Positions 52,601 through 60,694 of a stretch of DNA of 64,000 bases are shown here, in pieces (within the stretch, counting starts at the first letter, position 1; each line of letters begins with the position of its first letter). The position numbers were made by a program, and so were the translations under genes. This stretch comes from an uncultured Planctomycetota bacterium (GTDB lineage: Bacteria; Planctomycetota; Planctomycetia; Isosphaerales; Isosphaeraceae), in contig CAWGMQ010000004.1 of the NCBI GenBank assembly GCA_963823665.1, positions 1,568,001 to 1,632,000 on the forward strand. The letters run 5' to 3'. The notes below the pieces were generated by a model, which was given only the letters and a program-made list of their open reading frames with translations, had not been told where the DNA came from and searched no databases.

Positions 52601-55267
52601 GGAAGCGGTGCCGTACGTATCGTTCGGCAGCGTCGTGGGGCTCACGACGGGCTTCTGTACCTCGAACGCACCGATGTCGACGCTCCCGCCGCTGATGCGG
52701 GGGAATCCGCGCTGGTCGGTGGTCAGGGGATTACCCGATGCATCGACAGCCAAGGCGTTGCTGCCCCCGTCGATGGCGGCGCTGCCAGGCAGCAGCGCAA
52801 TGGTCAGAGTCGGTCCGCCGTTGTCCGTGAGCGTGCCGAGCCCGGGGTCGACGACGCCGACTTGGTTGCCTGCGACGTCATTAACCAGTCCGCCGGAGCC
52901 ACCAATTCCGACCAGGTTGTACGCACTGACCGGAGACACGGTGCCAGCGATGTCATCGGGCGTGGCGCCACTTCCGGTGCCGATGTTGTTGAGTGCGATA
53001 ATCGTGTTGTTCAGGATGGCTGTGCTCGAGGTGACTTGCAGCCCCCCGCCATCGCTGGCGACGTTGTTGTAGGCAATGGTGGAATTGGTGACCGTCAGCG
53101 TGCCATCGCTGTAGACGCCGCCGCCGTCGCTAGCGGAGTTGCCGCTGATCGTGCAGTTGATGAGCGCGGTTGTACCATCGTTCCCCACCCCCCCGCCGCT
53201 GTTTGTCGTTGAGTTTCCGGAGATTGTACAGTCGGTGAGCGTCGCCGTCCCTTTGTTATACAGGCCGCCGCCGTCGAGGCTAGTCGAGCCGTCAGTAATG
53301 GTGAGTCCCGAGATGTTAGCGGTCACGTCGGAGTCGACGTCGAACACGCGGCTGTCTCCTCCGCCGCTGATCGTCAGGCCACTAGTCGGACCGACGATTG
53401 TTACCGTCCCGCCGGTATCGCTCAGCTCGAGCTGGCCCTGCGTCAGGACGATCACCTGCGCTGCGGCGAAATCGAAGGTGATCATCGCGGCAGCGTCAAG
53501 CAAGTTGGCCAGGTTGACCGCCTGGCGCAAGCTCAGCTCGCCCGAGGACAAGCCGCCAGTTTCGTCGCTCGAGGTATTCACTACGAGGTCGGTGTGAGTC
53601 TGGAAGGCCCCGATGTCGGGGGGCGAGTCGAGCGGCTCGCCACGTTGGTCGGTGGTGATCGGCGTAGTCGTGCCTGGATAATCGGCGACGACGCCGTTGC
53701 CGATGGCCGCGCTGCCGGGAAGTAGTGCCATCGTCTGCGTCGGGCCGCCGTAAAATCCCAAAGTCGCGAGGTCCCGGTTGCCTGGGCTGGCGAAGATAAT
53801 GTGGTTGGTGCCGTTCTTGAGCCCACCGTATCCACCCGGTCCGACGAGGCAATAGCTGCTCGAACTACTGACCGATCCGTCGATGTCGCTGGGGGTGGTT
53901 GAGTTTAGCAGCGTGTTGCCGGAAATAATCGTATCAATGAGCATCGTTCCAACTTTGTTATACAGTCCGCCACCCGCGGCGGCCAAGTTAGCACTGACCG
54001 TGCACGCCGTCAGTGTCGTCGTGCCGATATCATAGATGCCGCCGCCATCCTTCGCGGCAGAGTTTCCGCTGATCGTGCAGTTGGCCAAGTTCGCATCGCC
54101 CTGACAGTGCACGCCGCCGCCGTTCCCGCTGGAGGAATTGCCATTGATCGTGCAGCCGGCCAGGTAGGCCCGCCCAGAACCGCCGACTGCGATCCCGCCG
54201 CCTTGCCCGCTGGAGGACGAGTTGTCGCTGATCGTGCAGTCGGTCAGAGTGGCCTTGCCGCCGCCCTCGTCGAGGCCGCCGCAAAATGTTGCCGTGTTTC
54301 CGCTCACGCTGCTGTCGGTCAACTCGAGTGCACCACCGTTGTTCCCAACGCCACCGTCGTTGCGGCCTGTGTTGCTGCTGATCGAGCATTTGGTCAAGTC
54401 CGCCATACCGGAATTGTATAGACCGCCGTTATACTTCGCGTTGTTGGAAGTCAGCGTGCAGCCGTTCATGGTCAGGTTGCCCGAGCCGTGGTTGTTCACG
54501 CCGCCGCCGGAATCCCCGGCGTGGTTGCCGCTGATTGTCGTGTTCGTCAACGTGGCCATGCCTCGGTTGTCCAGGCCGCCGCCGTAGTACCCGTCGGCGT
54601 AATTCTTTGTGACGGTGCAGCCAGCCAAGGTCATCGTGCCTCTGTTCTCAAGGCCGCCGCCCGTCCCAGTCGCCTGGGCGGCTGACGCGGTGTTACCGCT
54701 AATTGTGCAGTCGCTCAGAGTTGCTTCACCGTTATTCCACAAGCCGCCGCCCTCGTTGCCCTTGGTGGTGTTACCACTGATGATGCAGGAGTACAAGTTG
54801 ACTGTGCCGAGATTGTAGAGGCCGCCGCCGGGAGCGCCCTGAGAACCTCCGGTGATGGTGAAACCCGTTATCGAAGTGGTGACCTCCTTGTCGATCTCGA
54901 GAACTCGGCCGTTGCCGCCGCCGCTGATCGTCACGCCCCCCGCCGGGCCGTCAATCGCCTGAGTTCCGCTGGTGTTGCTCAGCTCGAGCTGCCCTTGCAG
55001 TGTGATCGTCTGTTGCGAGCCGATAAACATCGGAGCGAAGGCGATCGTGTTGGCAGTCAAATCCGCGTTGGCTTCTGCGATTACATATGGCAGCGTGCCG
55101 GGGCTGTTGGGGTCGTTGCCCGTGTTCATGACCGTGAGTAACGTTAGCAGTCGGCGCTGCTCCAGCTCCAACAGCCTGGGCCGTAAACAGCGCCGATTCA
55201 GCCGCCGCGGTCGCAAGCCCAAGATCCAATCGCGCCGCCGCCCGAAACCGGATGAGTTGTGAGTCAC
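49694..55267 (-). CDS. Giant exported adhesin-like protein: export motif, beta-helix/choice-of-anchor-Q-like repeats, Ig, MBG-like and YDG-like repeats (start uncertain, up to 55321)
   Basis: LRPRLLELEQRRLL; GGGLYN.G repeats; GGPTQTMALLPGSAAI...TTDQRG...DIGAF; LSLRQAV; DKVYD repeats. Confidence 0.9.
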   Translation of the reverse strand: MTHNSSGFGRRRDWILGLRPRRLNRRCLRPRLLELEQRRLLTLLTVMNTGNDPNSPGTLPYVIAEANADLTANTIAFAPMFIGSQQTITLQGQLELSNTSGTQAIDGPAGGVTISGGGNGRVLEIDKEVTTSITGFTITGGSQGAPGGGLYNLGTVNLYSCIISGNTTKGNEGGGLWNNGEATLSDCTISGNTASAAQATGTGGGLENRGTMTLAGCTVTKNYADGYYGGGLDNRGMATLTNTTISGNHAGDSGGGVNNHGSGNLTMNGCTLTSNNAKYNGGLYNSGMADLTKCSISSNTGRNDGGVGNNGGALELTDSSVSGNTATFCGGLDEGGGKATLTDCTISDNSSSSGQGGGIAVGGSGRAYLAGCTINGNSSSGNGGGVHCQGDANLANCTISGNSAAKDGGGIYDIGTTTLTACTVSANLAAAGGGLYNKVGTMLIDTIISGNTLLNSTTPSDIDGSVSSSSSYCLVGPGGYGGLKNGTNHIIFASPGNRDLATLGFYGGPTQTMALLPGSAAIGNGVVADYPGTTTPITTDQRGEPLDSPPDIGAFQTHTDLVVNTSSDETGGLSSGELSLRQAVNLANLLDAAAMITFDFAAAQVIVLTQGQLELSDTGGTVTIVGPTSGLTISGGGDSRVFDVDSDVTANISGLTITDGSTSLDGGGLYNKGTATLTDCTISGNSTTNSGGGVGNDGTTALINCTISGNSASDGGGVYSDGTLTVTNSTIAYNNVASDGGGLQVTSSTAILNNTIIALNNIGTGSGATPDDIAGTVSPVSAYNLVGIGGSGGLVNDVAGNQVGVVDPGLGTLTDNGGPTLTIALLPGSAAIDGGSNALAVDASGNPLTTDQRGFPRISGGSVDIGAFEVQKPVVSPTTLPNDTYGTASSQTITATETGSAGGPYTFAITAGALPVGLILATGGVLSGVPSVTGMFSFTVTATDSGGFTGGQPYTIIVNPAPLTVTPSTGQSKFYGSAVPSLTYTTVSGFVNGDTSSLLTGELGTSATMASPVGKYAFTPGTLSAGGNYTLAVVTNPPTFAVTPAPLTVSGITARDKVYDTTTHATLVGLGTATLNGVIGVDSVTLVTAGAVGTFASKDAGNDIPVQISGLSLSGAQASDYSLIRPATTATISPASLTVSGITASDKVYDATTTATLFGLGTATLNGVIGVDSVTLVTAGAVGTFASKDAGNDIPVQISGLSLSGAQASDYSLIQPATTATISPASLTVSGITASDKVYDATTTATLFGLGTATLNGVIGVDSVTLVTAGAVGTFASKDAGNDVPVQISGLSLSGTQASDYSLSPPAATATISPASLTVSGITASDKVYDATTTATLFGLGTATLNGVIGVDSVTLVTAGAIGAFASKDAGNDIAVQISGLSLSGAQARDYSLIPPAATATISAASLTVSGITASDKVYEATTAATLVGLGTATLNGVFVGDSVTLVTAEAVGTFASKDAGNDIAVQISGLSLSGAQASDYSLIPPATTATISAASLTVSGITANDKVYDAATDATLAGLGTATLTGVIAGDSVSLVTTGAIGTFASKDVGNGVSVVVSGLTISGAQAFDYALIPPTTNAKIIARFLTASLTGTVERTYDGTIAADLLPGNFILSGVLPGDSVVLNDPSAAVYDSKNAGTGKTVSVSGLTLTGPDAADYQLSSTSIRGAVGEISTAPLTITANSQTKVYGAAIQTLTASYSGLVNGDTPATFTTLPTLSTTASTFSPVIAGGYAITASGAIDPNYAITYEPGILSVTRAATEVVLITEPVFKKKHKLVSVGLTAEVQPVAPGAGLPTGTATFDVQVKVKKKLVEKKLGTVSLKGGSGTLSVKPNSVSKKPITVIYGGDADFAASTSP
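50515..52135 (-). repeat. Six tandem 270-bp YDG-like domain repeats; central copies nearly identical
   Basis: TACACCTTGTC recurs with an exact 270-nt period; unit LTVSGITASDKVYDATTTATL.GLGTATLNGV...FASKDAGND. Confidence 0.92.
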
Positions 55268-55716
55268 AGGATACCTCGAACAGAGCAGGTCGCTCGTGAA
55301 ACAGCAGAGATCTCTGCACAAATCTTCAAGTCTGGGGCGTCGAAGCCTACGATGGAGAATCTCAACGGGAGCGCAAGCCGCAACCGAGTCTCACCTTGCT
55401 CTCCAGATGCCGGATCGCGCACGATACTTTTGAGGAAAGAAACGGTTTCACGCGCGAACCTTGATGCTCCTCGCGTCGAACCTTATGATAGGACCACTGA
55501 ATGCGCGGAACGCCGGACGGCGCTTAGACTTCCCGCTGAGCATTCGGGGACGAGGAAGACCAGAACGCGGCGGCGGCATCCGGGCTGGCCGGAGCGTCAA
55601 CCGAATCTCTTTCTATTTGGAGTACGGAACGCGTAAGCGCGATTTCCGAAGAAAATCATCTGACTGTATAAGAGTCGTGCGATGCTGACTGCGTCCGCGC
55701 GGGGGAGCGCTCAAAG

Positions 55717-56355
55717 ATGAAGCTTCTCGAAGACGTATCGACGAGTCCTACGCTTCTGAGGGACGTAGGCGACTGGGGTAACCATCCCGCATGGCTGGCG
55801 TTCCGCGACCGGTACGATCCGCTGCTTCGACGCTGGTGCCGGGGCTTCGGCCTCGATGCGGACGGTATCGATGAGGCGTGCCAGCGCATCTGGACCGAGC
55901 TCGCGGATCGGATGAGAACGTTTCGCTACGATCCCACCCGGACCTTTCGCGGTTGGCTCAAGTGCCTTTGCCGCTGCCGGGTCATTGACCTGCTGCGAGA
56001 GCGCCGTGCAGATTACGCCGTGAGCCTCGACGCTCGCGATGACGAGCCGTCAGCGAACGAACGCGAGACCGTTGTTTCCCTCGCGTCAATCGAACCCGGC
56101 CAACTGGACACGGACCCCCTTCATCTCTTTCTCCGTAGCGAAGCCGAGTACGTCCAATCCGCAGTCAGGCGCCGGGTGCAACCCCGGACATGGGATGCTT
56201 TCTGGCTCGTCGCCGTGAGTGACTGGACCATCGCCCAGACGGCCAAGGCGTTGGGAATGACTCGCATCGCAGTGTACGCAGCCACGCAGCGTGTGAGCCG
56301 GATGCTCCGAGACGAAGGACTGCGCCGGTCGGAACGCTGGAACACAATGCGGTGA
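55717..56355 (+). CDS. ECF sigma factor, kinase-associated planctomycete type
   Basis: TSPTLL...AW..F..RY.PL...WCR, FRYDP.RTFRGWL, TWDAFWL, AKALGMT. Confidence 0.88.
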   Translation: MKLLEDVSTSPTLLRDVGDWGNHPAWLAFRDRYDPLLRRWCRGFGLDADGIDEACQRIWTELADRMRTFRYDPTRTFRGWLKCLCRCRVIDLLRERRADYAVSLDARDDEPSANERETVVSLASIEPGQLDTDPLHLFLRSEAEYVQSAVRRRVQPRTWDAFWLVAVSDWTIAQTAKALGMTRIAVYAATQRVSRMLRDEGLRRSERWNTMR

Positions 56356-56382
56356 AGCATCCTTTGCCAGGAGTGTTCGATC

Positions 56383-58769
56383 ATGTCCCCCTGCCCGTCC
56401 GAATCGACGCTGAGGTGTGTCGGCAGTTCCGCGATCCCGGATGATCGATACGCCGCCATCGAAGAGCATCTCGAGGAATGCGAGCACTGCAACGCCGCGC
56501 TGGAGCGCCTCGTGCGTGCCGGTCTCGTAGACCCGGATAACTTGCCCAAGCGCGAAGAATGTCCACGTATACCCGGATTTGAGATCCGGCGGGAGTTGGG
56601 ACGTGGTGCGATGGGCGTGGTCTACCAGGCGTGGCACCCCCCCTTAAGCGCTTCGTGGCGTTGAAGATCGTTAGGAGTGGGCCGAACGCAGGCATTCGTG
56701 AGCGCGGTCGCTGGCTGCGCGAGGCGCGAGCGTACGCATGCGTTCGGCACCCCAACATCGTTCCTCTGCACGACGTGGGCGAGGCTGGCCCCTGGCTTTA
56801 TCTGGTACTGGAGTACATTTCAGGAGGATCGCTTAAGCATCGGCTCGAGACCCCCTATGCCCCCGCAGACGCCGCCCGGCTGTTAGAGACGATCGCTCGG
56901 GCCGTCGCTGCCGTCCATTCCGGAAACCTGGTCCATCTCGACCTCAAGCCATCGAACATCCTGCTTGACGTTGGTCCCGAAGAGTCGCGGGAGCAGGCGA
57001 CTCCCCGGGTCGGTGATTTTGGCATCGCTTACCGCTGGAGCGATCCTGATCTCAGCCTGGCGACGCAGAGCCAGTCAGGCCCGCTTGGAACGCCCTCATA
57101 TATGGCGCCGGAGCAGATCACAGGTGATCGAGACGCGATCGGACCGCCGGCTGACATCTATGGGTTGGGCGCGCTGTTGTATCATGTGCTTACAGGACGC
57201 CCCCCTTTCTCCGCCGCGTCGGTCGTTGAAACGCTCGAACAGGTTCGCAGCCAGGAGCCGGTGCCGCCGCGACGGCTCGTTCCGCAGATTCCCCGCGACC
57301 TCGAAACCATCGCGCTCAAGTGCCTAGCGAAGCATCCTGCGGGCCGCTACGCCTCGGCCGAAGCCGTAGCCGTTGACCTCCGCCGCTGGCTGGACGGCTG
57401 TCCGATATCAGCACGTCCGGTATCGCCGATCGAGAAGGTCTGGCGCGGGTGCCGCCGCCGTCCGGCAATCGCGGCACTGGCAGCTTTGCTCTCGCTTGCG
57501 ATCTCGACAGGCTTGCTCATCGCTATTCTGCTCTGGCGGCGTGCCGAAGCGGAGTGGAACCGTACCCAGGACGAGCTAGCCTTCATTAGCCGACTGCTGG
57601 AGGAAATCTCTTCGGTCGGCTCGAATTCATCGGGGCACCTCAGGGTCCTCAACCGAGACGAAGTCAGCTCAGTTCTTGAGCGAGCAAGAAACCACCTAAT
57701 CCGCCAGCGAATGCAGCGTCCCAATGATTTGGTGATACTTCGCCAACTAGCCGATGCGGACATCGCTTTGGCCCGAAGGTATCTTTCTCAAAAGAAGTTG
57801 AACCAGGCTCGGACCTTGCTCAACGAGAACCTGGAAACGTTAGATCATATCGAGCGGCTTGAGCCAGCGGACCTGAGGTCGCCACGCCGCAAGCTTGATG
57901 CACACTCGCTATTCGCTGAAATCGCTGAAACGGAAGGGAGGAACGAAGAGAGTCTTACGCATCTCAGCCGAGCCGTTGCTAGCGGCGAGGAAAGCTTGCG
58001 CTTCATATCGGACCCCAAATTAACCATTAAGGTTGCGTACTTGCGCTGGTGGCTCGCCGAGATTGTTCGCCGCCGAGGCGATGACGAAGTTGCGAGGTCC
58101 CTGATCTTGGCCAATCTCGAGATGCTTGACGAAGTGCCCGAAGCCGCGGCCAGTCCGGCAGTCACGATCTGGCGCACACTGGCGCGAATCGACCTCCGCG
58201 AATTCAAGGCCGCCATTCCACCTGTGCTGACGTCCCAGCCCCAGCAACCCGATCCGTTCACACGGCTATCCTCCCCTGCAACAGACTCGCTGGATGCCGA
58301 AAACTGGGCGGACTTGGTAGCCCGATGTTTGAACTGCGCTCTCAAGCCCGTCGTCCCTCCGGATCGGCATTTGTGGAACTTCACGGACTATTTGAGCCAA
58401 CGCATCGCACGGCAGCGCCGGCTTGGCCGGATCGATGAGGCGCGGCGTTCAGCGAGCCGCGTGCACGCATTCGCCCGCCTGATGGTCCTACGGTTTCCGG
58501 GCCAACCTGTTGCTCACCTTGCGATGTGTGAAGCATTTAAGCAAATGGCGAAAAACGCCTGGGAAGTGGACGATCGAGTTGCTGTAGAACACAACTGGAG
58601 GCTGGCGATCGACGAGGCCCGCCGTGCATTGTTCCTTGATCCCAATGACACTCGCGCCGGTAGCGAAGTGGCCGACCTGCAACACCGGATCGACAAGCTC
58701 GTTGCGTCCAAATCATCGCCAACTAACCAGGATCTCACGGCGCGGACCTCCAGCGAGACCGGGCGGTGA
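56383..58769 (+). CDS. Ser/Thr protein kinase with an N-terminal HxxxCxxC zinc finger and a helical-repeat C-terminus (apparent frameshift in a C-run near 56640)
   Basis: HLEECEHC, LGRGAMGVVY, VALK, HLDLKPSN, DFGIA, GTPSYMAPEQ. Confidence 0.9.
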
Positions 58770-58915
58770 GAGAGCGGTAAGCCAGCGTCGCTCATTGAAA
58801 TTTCCCACTGGACAATGCGCCCCGGACACCCGATACTGATAAAAGGCATTATCATCCAAACACTGGATGACGGAATGTGGATGGAAATCGCTCGCCGGGC
58901 AGGAAGCCGCCCTGT

Positions 58916-59040
58916 TCACACCGAAATCCTGTCGACAACGCTGCGCATAATTTTCTTCCGCCGGCGGTCGTAGAGCCGCGTCGTGCGCGGGTCAACATGG
59001 CCCGCAAGGTTTTGCACGTCTTCCAGCGGCACGCCCTGAC
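58916..59040 (-). pseudogene. C-terminal fragment of a tyrosine recombinase/integrase
   Basis: GVPLEDVQNLAGHVDPRTTRLYDRR, containing the catalytic H...Y. Confidence 0.8.
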
Positions 59041-59504
59041 GCGGAAAAGGACGCGGAAAAGGTGTCAGGAACCGATCATTCAAAGAATGGGTCAAACGAT
59101 CACCACAGCCAGCCTCGACACCCTCAGTGCCCGCAGCCCAGGACAATGGTGTCGCGCCGGTGAGTCTGGCCTCAGCGCTGGCGATCTTGGTATACCAAGA
59201 GAGACGTTCAGTCCAACAAAACAAACACCTGCTCGACCAATGCCATGAGTTCCCAAGACGAGTCCAGGATCAACCTCGGTGACCTGATCCAGACGCTCGT
59301 TCGTCAGCTCGACGCAGCGAGCCTTGTCATGACGGGTCGTGCAGTCGGCACGGCAGGCGTTCGAGGCTTGGGAGCGCGTCAAGGAGACCGACAACGCGCG
59401 GGTGTACCTGGCTTGCTTCCAGCTCTGGAAACGTTGGGACGAAGATCCGCGCTGACTGCGCGGCCCAAGCGGCAACGACACCTTCGCGACCTCGCAGCGC
59501 CGAG

Positions 59505-59745
59505 GAGCCAAACGCGACTTGCGCGGCCGCCTTGCCCTGAGACCAGCGCCGTCGGCAATGCGGTGCAGCGCGCACAAGCGAACTCACCCGACCTGCCGCT
59601 TGCTTGAACATGCGACCGAAGTCACGCACCGTGTGCACCCAATTTGATCGATCCACACCCGGCCGGTCCAGGATGGGAGCCAGGTCGTCTGGGATTGCCC
59701 CACGCTTGTCCCGCCTCAATTCCCGTCCCGTCCAATCGAGCAGCA
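59505..59745 (-). pseudogene. Second RAYT-like transposase C-terminal remnant
   Basis: LLDWTGRELRRDKRGAIPDDLAPILDRPGVDRSNWVHTVRDFGRMFKQAAG; similar to 9000-9236. Confidence 0.72.
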
Positions 59746-59808
59746 TCACCCTTGACTTTCCGGGCAAAAAGTCTGATACTGGCAGGTGAAGAAACGGAGG
59801 TCCTCGCC

Positions 59809-60234
59809 ATGCCAGATTTCGCTGGTGCTCTAGGTGCCAGTAAAGCCGCATCGGCGTTACTGGTGCTGTTTATTCGCAGCAAGGATCGCCGCAACAAAGC
59901 CATCGACCAGCGGTACTGGGTTAAGGAAACGCTGAATGTGCTCGGCACGTTGTTCGGCGGCGCAACTGCCTTTCCACGCGGCGAAGGCGTTTGGCGTGAC
60001 GACGCCCAGGGCGGCAAGCTCTTGTTTGATAATCCGGTTGTCATCCAGTGCTACACCAGCGAGCATGTGATTGACCAGCAGATGCCCGCGTTACGGGACT
60101 TTCTCCACCGCATGGGCAGCGAAGCACGGCAAGGAGCTGTCGGACTGGTTATCGACGACGATTACCTTGAGATTGGCTTCCCACTGGAAGAAACCCCAAC
60201 GACCCGGCAACCGAAAGGTAAGAAACGGAGGTAA
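59809..60234 (+). CDS. Hypothetical protein, DUF3574/PII-like fold suspected
   Basis: GGAGG upstream; LFGGATAFPRGEGVWRD...VVIQCY...ARQGAVGLVID. Confidence 0.75.
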   Translation: MPDFAGALGASKAASALLVLFIRSKDRRNKAIDQRYWVKETLNVLGTLFGGATAFPRGEGVWRDDAQGGKLLFDNPVVIQCYTSEHVIDQQMPALRDFLHRMGSEARQGAVGLVIDDDYLEIGFPLEETPTTRQPKGKKRR

Positions 60235-60240
60235 ATCAAC

Positions 60241-60573
60241 ATGGCAAGAAACATCGACAAAATCGCCGCCGGTCTGGGCGCAAAGGTCGTCAGCAAAGTG
60301 CCACACACCGGCGGCGGCGCCTTCGGCGCAGCAAGGCTCGCCCGGATCGTCGCAACCATTCAAGCTCGCCTTGAGCCTGGACAAGGCATCCGCCCAGGCA
60401 GGCCAACCGACCCAAGCTGGGTCCGGCATCCCAAAGTGCCCATGAGCGACGCCACCAGACAGCGGCTTACCCGCCTGGCAGAGCAGAGCAGCACAAGCGG
60501 ACGCAAGGTAAGCCCCATGCAGATCGCCGCGCAAATCCTCGAGGATGCGTTGACCGGAATTCCAGAGCGGTAG
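60241..60573 (+). CDS. Hypothetical protein with a probable C-terminal ribbon-helix-helix DNA-binding motif
   Basis: GGAGG upstream, 6 nt after the previous stop; GRPT...KVPMSDATRQRLTRLAEQ...VSPMQIAAQILEDAL. Confidence 0.75.
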   Translation: MARNIDKIAAGLGAKVVSKVPHTGGGAFGAARLARIVATIQARLEPGQGIRPGRPTDPSWVRHPKVPMSDATRQRLTRLAEQSSTSGRKVSPMQIAAQILEDALTGIPER

Positions 60574-60694
60574 CCGCTTGCGCGGAAACCCCTCGATAGA
60601 AGCGCGACACCACCTCCATGTCCCGCGCCACTCACTTCAGCCGCGCGTGCGATCTAGCCATCTTGTTTACGCGCTCGGTCGTGATCGAACGCCA

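Noticed and set aside
59090..59340. Short ORF pieces between the integrase and RAYT remnants
   Set aside because: No recognisable motif; cannot support a call.
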